Below the pieces are notes generated by a model that was not told where the DNA came from, searched no databases, and saw only the letters and a list, made by a program, of their open reading frames with translations. 64,000 nucleotides of DNA, taken from assembly GCA_964428335.1 (NCBI GenBank), contig CAYRXW010000003.1, forward strand, positions 150,368 through 214,367. Reading direction: 5' to 3'. Of the stretch, positions 1 through 9,600 are shown piece by piece (position 1 is the first letter of the stretch; each line of letters opens with the position of its first letter). The stretch is from an uncultured Methanosarcinales archaeon (GTDB lineage Archaea; Nanobdellota; Nanobdellia; Woesearchaeales; GW2011-AR15). The position numbers and the translations under genes are program-made.

Positions 1-2727
1 GCAAACCTAGAAAAGGTAACAATAAATGAAAACTATGCAAAGCAGGTTTCAGATTACCTGATAAGATGCCAGTTCATGTTTGAAGACAATGGGAAGGATA
101 AAACAAGATGCTATGAAATGAATGTTGAAACAGGACAGGTAAAAATAAGTGAGACTGAAATAAAGAAAGCACTGGATGAAATAAGAAAAGAGGGTTATAT
201 AAATGAGCCTGGGGACTGCGATGAGCTATGCATTGACAGGGCAAGATGGCTAAAGGGATTATGGAGGCTAAAATTTGAAGATAATGTTATAGAGCCAAAT
301 ACTCCTTTATACATGTGCGAACAGGATACACTGATAGGAGAGACAATATACCTTTCAAGAAAAGAGCAGCATAATGCATGCAAAACTGCAGCCAATACTG
401 AACATAAGCTAGGGATGAGAGTAAAAGATTTCTACATGGAGCAAAAATACGGAAACATGGACAATGTTAACAGGTTTATTCACGGATACAGGCCAAGCAT
501 ACTTTACTATGAAGTTGCTGATGAATCAATAACTGAAGATTTTGAACAGGGTTTATATGAATGGGACTGGGATGAAGTAATATTATGGGAAACTGTCTTT
601 TTTGCATTTGATTTCATGCCAGGGGGAAGCGAGATACTGGAGTTTGTCGGAAAAGCAGTAGGGAAAAATGTTGCTAAAGGAGCAGAGAAAGAAGCTGCTA
701 AGGAATGGATAAAACCATGGATAAAAAAGTTTGTTGAAAACATACCTTTAGGAAAAGATTTTATTGAAACTTTAAGAGGAATCAGAGATTCATTCAGGAC
801 ATTCAATGATTTTTTGGATGAATTGTTCTTGAAATTAAGGCTTGCACCATATAATGCCCTTCTATCAGTTATAGATAGTAAAATAGGTAAAGCTTCAGCA
901 GATAACTTATTAAGACAATATGGGCAGGAATTCTTCGAGAAAAGATTATTTATCAATAATGCAGGTGTTGATTTAATTGAACCTTTTACAAAAAGTCTTG
1001 GCTCAGATTTAACAAGTGAAGTAAAAAATGCTGCAAAGGAAAGCCTGCAGAAAAAATACAGCCAAATACTTGAGGAAGAATTAAAAAATGTTCTAGGCAG
1101 CTCTGAAACAAGAGTACTAACAAAGCAAGAAACTGATATAATCTATTCTAGGCTAAATAGCAGAATTGCAGATTTAAAATCATCTTTGACTGGAATATTA
1201 CCTGAAGAAAAATTAATTTCAATATCTAGCTCAACTTTTATGAATATTAATAAACCTATTTCCGAAGGTCTTGAAGGCTTTTCAATGAGAGGATACAGGC
1301 AATATGTGAAAAGAAATTTAAGGATTATGGGAAGATTCTTAAATTATGTTCAAAGGCCGCTCACAGATCTTACAGATGAGGAAGCAAAAGTAGTTTTAAA
1401 GGAAATTATAGATGATAATCATAAAAGATTATTTAAGGATTTAAACCCAAGGGATACTTTAAGTTTTTTTAGAAAATACGGAACAGATCCTGAAGTTTTA
1501 GAAAAAGAATTTACTTCAAATTTAAATAATGAGGAGCTTGCTAATCTAAAAAAAGTTGCTGAGCAGTTTGGACCAGGTGTTCAAATGTATGATGATTTAG
1601 AAAGATATTACAGGAATAAGCTTAGAGGTGCAGACAGAAAAAGGACTCTTCTTTTAGCTGCTATGTGGATGGTAAGCGCTAAAATGGAAAGTGATTCAGA
1701 GATATTTCATCCTGTAGGCACAAATGCCTTTGGATATAAAAATGCAATCAGTACTCCTGTAATATTTGACGATTCAATGAGAAAGTTCTGGAACTATGAA
1801 TCAGATGAAAGCAAGTATGAAGATTTCTTCAAGCACTATGGAAACAGTAAGCTGGAAGTAGTGGATGAAAAGACAAAAAACACTGAAGAAGAAGAGGATA
1901 CAATCTCTGTTTACGAGACAGAAGCATACCAGGGAAATATTCCAGAACTTTACAATTATTTTGTCGCACTTGAGAAAGACAATAAAGAGATGAATATTTT
2001 TGACCAAAAGCCTGAAAGATTTTATTTAATTGCTCCATGTAAGGCAGATTTGGATGTAAAAATAACACATGTTGAATGCTATGGCAAGCCTTCTCCTGAC
2101 ATTGATGAGACAAGCCTTATTAACAGCTTTTTAGGGAGATACCCAACTTATGAATCAGGAGAAACAAACCCTATTACAGGGGAATTTGTAGAATTTTATG
2201 ATGGGACAAATAAGATGCTTTACAGCCTAGATGATAACGGAGAACCTGTAAAACACTGTTATAACAATGCATGGGCAAAGTTTACCTCTGGTGTTGATAT
2301 AACTGATGGGACAATAAATCCTTTTGAAGAAACCTATTCACCGGTTACAATTACAGTAAATCCTTCGTTAGACAGAGATAAAGTGCCAAATTATTGCTAT
2401 GCTGGTTATGATGGAAAAGAAGCAGTCATCTGGGCGACTTTGAATGTAGGTTTCCCGCTTTTAGGAACTGTTGGCGGAGGGCTTACATGCTCAGCAGTAA
2501 CAGCAGTCGCTACAGGAGGAGCAGGTGTTGCCGCTGCTCCTATATGCCTTGCTGCAGGAAATTTGGCAGGAGGCATTATAGGCGGGCTTATATATGAAGG
2601 ATTGGAAGCAGGATATATGGGTGGAAGGATACACTGGCCTTTCCACACCCAGTCATATAATGACAGGAGTACAGCAGGAATAGTTACAGATGTTTTGGAT
2701 GGAAAAGAAAATGAACAAGGCCCTTAA
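1..2727 (+). CDS. Large hypothetical protein, 5'-truncated, with C-terminal Gly/Ala-rich hydrophobic hairpin
   Basis: Frame is open from base 1 (GCA AAC CTA...) through the ATG at 76. Internal FDFMPGG..GKAVGK segment and C-terminal GTVGGG..ATGGAGVAAAP..AGGIIGGLI glycine-zipper-like region. Confidence 0.75.
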   Translation, partial: ANLEKVTINENYAKQVSDYLIRCQFMFEDNGKDKTRCYEMNVETGQVKISETEIKKALDEIRKEGYINEPGDCDELCIDRARWLKGLWRLKFEDNVIEPNTPLYMCEQDTLIGETIYLSRKEQHNACKTAANTEHKLGMRVKDFYMEQKYGNMDNVNRFIHGYRPSILYYEVADESITEDFEQGLYEWDWDEVILWETVFFAFDFMPGGSEILEFVGKAVGKNVAKGAEKEAAKEWIKPWIKKFVENIPLGKDFIETLRGIRDSFRTFNDFLDELFLKLRLAPYNALLSVIDSKIGKASADNLLRQYGQEFFEKRLFINNAGVDLIEPFTKSLGSDLTSEVKNAAKESLQKKYSQILEEELKNVLGSSETRVLTKQETDIIYSRLNSRIADLKSSLTGILPEEKLISISSSTFMNINKPISEGLEGFSMRGYRQYVKRNLRIMGRFLNYVQRPLTDLTDEEAKVVLKEIIDDNHKRLFKDLNPRDTLSFFRKYGTDPEVLEKEFTSNLNNEELANLKKVAEQFGPGVQMYDDLERYYRNKLRGADRKRTLLLAAMWMVSAKMESDSEIFHPVGTNAFGYKNAISTPVIFDDSMRKFWNYESDESKYEDFFKHYGNSKLEVVDEKTKNTEEEEDTISVYETEAYQGNIPELYNYFVALEKDNKEMNIFDQKPERFYLIAPCKADLDVKITHVECYGKPSPDIDETSLINSFLGRYPTYESGETNPITGEFVEFYDGTNKMLYSLDDNGEPVKHCYNNAWAKFTSGVDITDGTINPFEETYSPVTITVNPSLDRDKVPNYCYAGYDGKEAVIWATLNVGFPLLGTVGGGLTCSAVTAVATGGAGVAAAPICLAAGNLAGGIIGGLIYEGLEAGYMGGRIHWPFHTQSYNDRSTAGIVTDVLDGKENEQGP

Positions 2728-3367
2728 GATAACACTGATTGCACTTTCTGTAATAGTTTTGCTAGTTTTAGTTCTGTTCCTTTATGACAATATAAAACCA
2801 AAGGTCTACACTTCAAATTATTACTCAGAAGAACCTGAAAAATGGGTTGAGGAAACTCCATATGATAACATTGAGGATAATTACGCTGTAAATGTCCAGA
2901 AAGCCACAAGGGGAAAAGGAAGCTTTGAAACATATAAACTTGAATACATGGATAGTGGTGTCAATACAATATTCTTGAGAGGGTTTTACAACGGGACAGC
3001 ATTCACTTTCAGGATAAATAACACAATAAGCCTGGATAATGAATTAATACCCAATGATGGCATCCCTGAAGGATTTATACTAATGAAAAAAGAGGAAGAA
3101 AAATTTAATTTCTATATCTATATTGATGAGGACTGGAAAAAAAAAATCAAAACAAACATCCTTTGGTCAGACGATTTTGAAAAAGGGATAAGCGAAAAGC
3201 AGTTTGATTTTTCAGGCGGGAAAAACGGGATATATATTGAAAAAATTGAAAATCTGGAATGGTTCAAGAAGAGTCCAAGAACCGGTGGAATCTATGTTGG
3301 AGACTTAACAAAGGATAACTATAAGACACAGAATGTAAGCGGGAAGACTTTCATGTATGCAAGGTGA
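2711..3367 (+). CDS. Hypothetical protein with N-terminal membrane anchor
   Basis: MNKALKITLIALSVIVLLVLVLFLY TM helix; overlaps upstream stop; ORF track start 2690. Confidence 0.7.
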   Translation: MNKALKITLIALSVIVLLVLVLFLYDNIKPKVYTSNYYSEEPEKWVEETPYDNIEDNYAVNVQKATRGKGSFETYKLEYMDSGVNTIFLRGFYNGTAFTFRINNTISLDNELIPNDGIPEGFILMKKEEEKFNFYIYIDEDWKKKIKTNILWSDDFEKGISEKQFDFSGGKNGIYIEKIENLEWFKKSPRTGGIYVGDLTKDNYKTQNVSGKTFMYAR

Positions 3368-3370
3368 TTA

Positions 3371-3670
3371 TTGATGAATAAAAAAGGGATGGAACTTGAA
3401 TATGTTGTAAAAGCCATATTGGCTTTGCTTGTGCTGGCTGTAATTGCAGGCCTTCTGTATTTCTTTGTTGTAAAAAAAGCAGGAGGAGGAATAGGCACTG
3501 TGACTGACACAACAACAGAAGAAGGGGACGGTGTTTTAGATAAGCTAAGGGATTTACTTGGGAATTCATGTGATAATGGCGCAACTAAATGCAGCCTTTC
3601 AGGCAAAGAGATGACATGCGAAGACGGCAAATGGGTTATTGGGGAGGATCCTTGTGAATCGGAAAGCTGA
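3371..3670 (+). CDS. Type IV pilin-like protein (class III signal peptide)
   Basis: MNKKG|MELEYVVKAILALLVLAVI; small Cys-rich head. Confidence 0.75.
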   Translation: MMNKKGMELEYVVKAILALLVLAVIAGLLYFFVVKKAGGGIGTVTDTTTEEGDGVLDKLRDLLGNSCDNGATKCSLSGKEMTCEDGKWVIGEDPCESES

Positions 3671-4115
3671 GGAGATTGCAGGTAAGGTGCTTGTTGAAAT
3701 ATTGATTTTTGTAATCATATTTTTTGTTGCACTCCAGATAGGCTCAAAAGTATGGCAGCTCTACATATCAAAGCCGCAGGAAGTTACAGCAAGCTCCATG
3801 TATCTTCTGCAGAAGCACATAAAATATTTTGATGGGACACCAGATACGTTTGCATTACAGGTACATAAAAAGCATACGATTGAAGGTTTTGATGCAGATT
3901 CAGGCAATAAACCAGGTTCATGCGAAGGAAGCTGCATATGCATGTGCAATGGCGAATGCTGTCCTGATAATGAATGCAGCAAAGTCATAAAATGCGTTGA
4001 AGCATTTGATTCAAAAGGGGAAAGTGTAGGATTAAGTTATCCTTTCCTTGTTACTTCAACAGAACCAAAGAATTACCTATTGACAGAATCAGACGATAAG
4101 CTTGTTATAGAATGA
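3654..4115 (+). CDS. Pilin-like protein (class III signal peptide), GTG start
   Basis: (M)NRKA|EEIAGKVLVEILIFVIIFFVAL; CxCxC Cys cluster; GGGGAGG SD upstream. Confidence 0.7.
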   Translation: MNRKAEEIAGKVLVEILIFVIIFFVALQIGSKVWQLYISKPQEVTASSMYLLQKHIKYFDGTPDTFALQVHKKHTIEGFDADSGNKPGSCEGSCICMCNGECCPDNECSKVIKCVEAFDSKGESVGLSYPFLVTSTEPKNYLLTESDDKLVIE

Positions 4116-4555
4116 ATAAAAGAGGGGAATTGGAAGTAGAACTTATCTTTTTTATAGACTTAATCATACTTGTAGCTGTTTTCATCGCATTCCTTAATGG
4201 CATAATTGCAGTAGGCCAGAATACGGATTTTAAGATGAAATTTTCTGCAAAAAATGCAGCACTTATGGCAGATTCTGTTGCAACTTCCCCTTATCCGATG
4301 CATCTTTACTATAATGAAAATACTTATGGATATGATTTTTCATTCAAGAAAGAATATGTCGAAGTGATTGATAACTTCCAGAAAGCAACATATCCATATA
4401 TTCCAGACATAAACAAGCAGTTTGAGGAAAAAACAATCTACCCTATTGAGATTGAAGACAAGGAAACTGAGAAGACAACGCCAATAGTTTTTGTATCAGA
4501 CAGAAAGAACCTTGGTTTCATTGCAGCGATACCTTCAGGTGAGAAAAGTGAATAA
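4112..4555 (+). CDS. Pilin-like protein (class III signal peptide)
   Basis: MNKRG|ELEVELIFFIDLIILVAVF; ATGA overlap with upstream gene. Confidence 0.75.
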   Translation: MNKRGELEVELIFFIDLIILVAVFIAFLNGIIAVGQNTDFKMKFSAKNAALMADSVATSPYPMHLYYNENTYGYDFSFKKEYVEVIDNFQKATYPYIPDINKQFEEKTIYPIEIEDKETEKTTPIVFVSDRKNLGFIAAIPSGEKSE

Positions 4556-5045
4556 AAAAGCCCAGATGTTCAAGGCTTTCTGGTACTATATGATAAGGGT
4601 GCCTATAATCATTTTATTATTTGGGCTTTTCATGTATTTCTCAGGAGGTCTCCAGAACCAGGCTCTTGCCAGCCCGAATGTAAGGGAAAAAATAATAGTG
4701 AACAGGCTTTTTTTCTCAGCAAACTCGATTTCTTATGTTGATGAAACTATAGGGAAAGTCTACCCCGGCATAATAGACATTGAAAAATTTGAAAACAATG
4801 TTCTGGATGCATCATTTTTTACAAGGGAAAACAAAGCAGCTGCTGCGAAACTTGACCTGATCAATCTTGACACAAACGAAACAAAGGAAGCCTACATCAA
4901 TAAGGACCTTTATGACAGGTGGAAAAATTATGTGAAATTTGAGCAGTACAGCAGCGTGAAAGACCAGTTTTATGTACTGATAAAAGACGGAGATAATCAG
5001 TACAGCGGATTATTAAAAGTAAACGTGTTGATGCATAATGGGTAG
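4548..5045 (+). CDS. Pilin-like protein (class III signal peptide), GTG start
   Basis: (M)NKKA|QMFKAFWYYMIRVPIIILLF; AGGTGA SD upstream. Confidence 0.7.
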   Translation: MNKKAQMFKAFWYYMIRVPIIILLFGLFMYFSGGLQNQALASPNVREKIIVNRLFFSANSISYVDETIGKVYPGIIDIEKFENNVLDASFFTRENKAAAAKLDLINLDTNETKEAYINKDLYDRWKNYVKFEQYSSVKDQFYVLIKDGDNQYSGLLKVNVLMHNG

Positions 5046-5460
5046 AGGGTTTTTTTTGTTAAGCTATTATGACCTTGTTGCAATGATACTTCTGATACTA
5101 ATAGTCCCATTCTGGATAATGGTATTAAAGTCCCCTGGCAACAGGTCTGCAGAGATAACAGAAGAAATAACCTATATTGAAGATGACTTGATTCTTATTA
5201 ACATACTAAAAACCAGGCATGAAAATAAGCTTATACTTGATTATGTGATTGAAAAAGATGAGACAATTAAAGAAAATATCCAGCAGATACTTGAAAAAAG
5301 CTATGGGAAAGTATGCTTTGAACTAAAACTGAATAATGAGATATTCATAAAGGAAAAATGCAATATATTCCAGAAAGACGATGTCCTCAGGTCAAGCGTT
5401 TTAGTCCCTTCTGAAACACCAATAAAAATAGAATTAACCTTACCGGGGTACAGGGAATGA
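5038..5460 (+). CDS. Pilin-like membrane protein
   Basis: MGRG|FFLLSYYDLVAMILLILIVPFW; coupled in operon. Confidence 0.65.
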   Translation: MGRGFFLLSYYDLVAMILLILIVPFWIMVLKSPGNRSAEITEEITYIEDDLILINILKTRHENKLILDYVIEKDETIKENIQQILEKSYGKVCFELKLNNEIFIKEKCNIFQKDDVLRSSVLVPSETPIKIELTLPGYRE

Positions 5461-6602
5461 AAGGAAACATACTTATGATTGGCCTTGTAGTTGTTTTCTT
5501 CCTTGTCGTGCTTGTAGGGCTTTATATACAGGTGACAAATAAGGCAAATGATTTTGAGGAAGCAATAGGAAGCCACCAGTCAAAGGTCCTGAATGCATAT
5601 AAAGATGGAGAAAAAGCCCTCTTTTTCATAGAGCTTGCAGGCAGGAATTCTTTTTATGAATCCTTTGAAAAACTAGATACAGAATGCGGAAATTATGAGG
5701 GAGTGCCTCTGTTAAATTCCGAAAGCAAAAGTTGCATGAATGAGATATTTGAAGCGACAGTTGATGGAACAAACAAAAAAACAGAAAAGTTCACAGAACA
5801 AATGCCAAAAATTGATTATGACATAAAAATAGGTGACAAAGGAATATTTTTTTTCGCAAAGAATTCCCTGAGAATGGACATTGGCGGAAAATATAATTTT
5901 GAAATTTCAAAAGCACCAGAATTCAAGAAAACAGAGCCTGAAACTCCGGAACCATCAGTGCCAATAGAAGAGCCCATTGAGAGTCCTGTCCAGCCACCTA
6001 CAACGCCTGTTCAGGGTGGAAGCGGAGGCAAATGTGGATTTATTGCAGATTATGCAAAGCAGTATGTTGCTGCACAATGTCCTTATTCCCTTAGCCTAAT
6101 TTATGGCGCAACTCCACAGACATGCCACGAGAAACCTTTGACATGTGCAACTTTTGTAGCTTCATTATATTACTATACTTTTGGTGAATGGATATATGGC
6201 AATGGAAATACAAAATGTACAGATGGAAAGGTTGTTCCTATGGGAAATAATCCAAACAGCCTTGCTTTCATTAACAAAAACACAGGAAAATCAATTTCAA
6301 CATCGCTTCAGCCAGGAGATATATTCCAGGCTGACCTTATCTCATCAAGAACCGGCCAGCCTACTGCATGGGGACACACAGGAATCTATGTTGGCAGGGG
6401 ATACCTAGACTTAGGTTCATATGATGGTCCATATTGTTTCAGGAGCTATAAGCCGGATGAAAAAGGCAACCTTATATTTGCGCATTCTTACGGATGGCAG
6501 GACTATGGGCAGCCAGGTGTATGTTTTTCAGATTATAAGAACCTATTTGGTGGCGGACAGATAATACCGACAAACTTCTGCAGGTACAGGGGATGCGCAT
6601 GA
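5457..6602 (+). CDS. Membrane-anchored/pilin-like protein with C-terminal NlpC/P60 (papain-like) peptidase domain
   Basis: MKG|NILMIGLVVVFFLVVL; Pro/Glu linker; LTCATFV (catalytic Cys), LQPGDIF, WGHTGIYVG (His), AHS. Confidence 0.75.
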   Translation: MKGNILMIGLVVVFFLVVLVGLYIQVTNKANDFEEAIGSHQSKVLNAYKDGEKALFFIELAGRNSFYESFEKLDTECGNYEGVPLLNSESKSCMNEIFEATVDGTNKKTEKFTEQMPKIDYDIKIGDKGIFFFAKNSLRMDIGGKYNFEISKAPEFKKTEPETPEPSVPIEEPIESPVQPPTTPVQGGSGGKCGFIADYAKQYVAAQCPYSLSLIYGATPQTCHEKPLTCATFVASLYYYTFGEWIYGNGNTKCTDGKVVPMGNNPNSLAFINKNTGKSISTSLQPGDIFQADLISSRTGQPTAWGHTGIYVGRGYLDLGSYDGPYCFRSYKPDEKGNLIFAHSYGWQDYGQPGVCFSDYKNLFGGGQIIPTNFCRYRGCA

Positions 6603-9600
6603 AAAAAATAATTATACTTTTTTTCCTGCTTCTGCCATTTGCGCATGCTGAACTGCTTGTAAACTTTGGTGAAAGAATAAGTTCAATAGACCAGATTGAG
6701 AAATCCACTTATTATTATGAGTACTACCTAAGCAGTCCACAGGAATCAGAGTATATTTTTGTATTTCATTATAATGATGAAAAAATCAATAAAAATTCTA
6801 CAAACAGCATGTTCATACTTACAGATATAGATGCAAGCCGGCTTTATAGGATAGACTTACTGAAAAATAACGAGCTTAGGGATTCGGTGCTCACTAACTT
6901 CTGCAACCATGATTCAATATGTGAAAACAACCTTACAAAAGGGATATTTGAAAATGAGCTTACATGTTCAGACTGTGAAAAAAGCGCTAAAGATAACTTC
7001 TGCAATATTGAAGATGATGATATCTGCGACCCTGACTGCATAGGATATAATTATGATGAATTTCCTGGAACGTGCCTTGAAGATTATTTCAGGGCAAATG
7101 AATGCTCAAACTACTGCAGTGAAAATGAGATATGCACATCTGATGTTTTTGTATCAGAATTGGGGTTATGCTGTACAGGAGAATGTGTAAAGAACACTGA
7201 AGATTTTTGCGGGGAATACCTTAATGGGACAATATGCATGGGAAATGAAGCATGTAGCGGGCAGGAAGTTGTTTTCGGGACAGAAGGGAAAACATGCTGC
7301 TACGGAGGAACCTGTGAAGAAGATGAAAATGTTGATTACTATAATATAACTTTGATCAATGATACAGCGGAAACAAAGAACCTAAACATTTATTTTATCA
7401 TTGGGATATTTGCATCCCTTGTAATACTTGTCATCGGGCTTCACTATAAGAACCTGAATATTGTGATTGCATCCAGCCTTTTTTTCATACTTATGCTTAG
7501 CTTTCTTCTTTTGGACGCAAGGAATATAATTACAGGAAAGGCAACCTCCAATACCTTGACACAGGAAGAAATAAACCTCATCATGACCACCCCTTCAGTA
7601 TTCAATTACGGGGGGCAAAGTAATACAAACTTATTTTTGGCATTAAAAAGCATTTCATCAGAATTCAGGAAAAGGAATGTCGAATTTTCCGAGAATCTTA
7701 TGATTGCAACAATAACAACGATGGAGAAGGAAGTGGGTGGGTATGGTTTTTTACCAGTAGAAGAATATGGAGACTATTGTGCAGGACCAACTTCAAAATT
7801 TACTATTGCAGGAAAACACAGGAAAACGCCTTATGATGGAGGATGTGACTACAAAGGAAGAGGGTACATGCAGGTAACTCACTATAGCGGATATCTGAAA
7901 TACTGTGGTCCTGATTGTGTTACAAGAAGTACAGCAGGAAACATACTGGATGAATGCAAATGCAAAGGACTTGCATATTGCTCAGTAAAGGACGAAGCAA
8001 AGTGTCCACCAAATAAAGCACTTAGACCTGAATATGCAGGAAGAATTTTTTCTAATTTTTACATTGGAAAAGGATTACTTGGTCTTGTGGATTCAAAAAA
8101 CTATGTTGAAATAGGTACAAGAATTAACGGCGTTAAGTCTTATGGTATTGATTTTGAGAAAAAAGCTAATGCTAAACATAGTTCATATAATAAAGACCAG
8201 GTAAGAAAACTGCTTGCATATTTTAATCAGAGAAGCATTACAACTCCAAGTGCTCCAACTACACCAACAACTCCAAGCACAGGAACAACTGGAGAAGAAC
8301 CTGTTTCAGTAGATACAACTGTCACAACAGATGTCGCTGATGAGATAATTTCAGGGGATAAGCTTGGATATTATTACTTAAATCCTTCATTCAAAATTGA
8401 GACAGAGCTTTCTTTCATTCCAACTTTGGTTGAGGAAGCAAAAGATTATGAAACATTGAAATCAACACTGGAAAAATATGATAAGGAGGAATTATGGATA
8501 ATCGGCGGATGCGGTGAAATAAAGAAAATTGATGAAGAATCAACAAAATTCATTTTCTGCGTTGATGACGGTGTTAAGAAGATAGAATTTGCACTTGACC
8601 TGGAAGGGAAGATTGAACCAAAGATTACTGAAGCAGAACGGCAGGAAACAGCAGAAGCAGGAACAGGGACACAGACAGAAACAGGAACGCAAACAGAGAC
8701 AAACAGCCAAGAAGAGACAGAAGAAGAAATAACAGAAGGGTTTTCTCAATTATTTTCAGGAATACAATATGGGAAATTTTCAGCAGCAGGACCAATTGTA
8801 TATCATGTCACAAAGATTGATCTGAGGAACCAAAATATAAGGTTTTTAGTGACACCGCAAAACCAGCTTGGGCAACCTACTTCTTCGTTTTTCGCTGCAA
8901 ACAGGCCACAGGTTGCAATTAACGGAGACGAATTCAGGACACTTGGAAGCCCTAAAGGTGTTGCTGTTTCAAACGGGAATGTTTATTCTTCATCAGCAGA
9001 GACAGGAGAACAGACAGTATTTATTTCAACAAAGAACGAAGTAAGCATAGGGAACAAGATTCCACAGGGGACATTAAATGCTGTATCTGGCTCACACGTG
9101 TTCTTAGAGAATGGAGTAGTTCCTGAAAGGATTAGATCATGCTCAAAAATCCCATATTGCAATGATATGCATCCAAGGACTTCAATAGGGGTAAGCCAGG
9201 ATGGAAATACCATGATAATAATCACAGTTGATGGCAGGAGAAGCGACTATAGCATAGGAATCAAGCTCCATAGCAACAATCCATCAGATTTGACCTTGGC
9301 AGAACTTCATCTTGCATTTGGTTCATACAACGCAATAAATCTTGATGGGGGAGGTTCAACAACTCTTGTCATGGAAGGAAAAGGGACAGTAAATAACCCA
9401 ACAGATCCACCTGAAGAATACCTTAATGATGCAGCAAAGAAAGCAGAGCTTATCTACTATGACGGCTTTTTGGTGCACCCAAACAAAAATATATTCAGGG
9501 AGAGGTATGTCTCAAACCATCTTGGGATTTATGCAGCAAAAGTAGCAGCAGCACCTGAAAAAACAAATCAGGAAAGCTGCCTAAGCGATGACATGGATAT

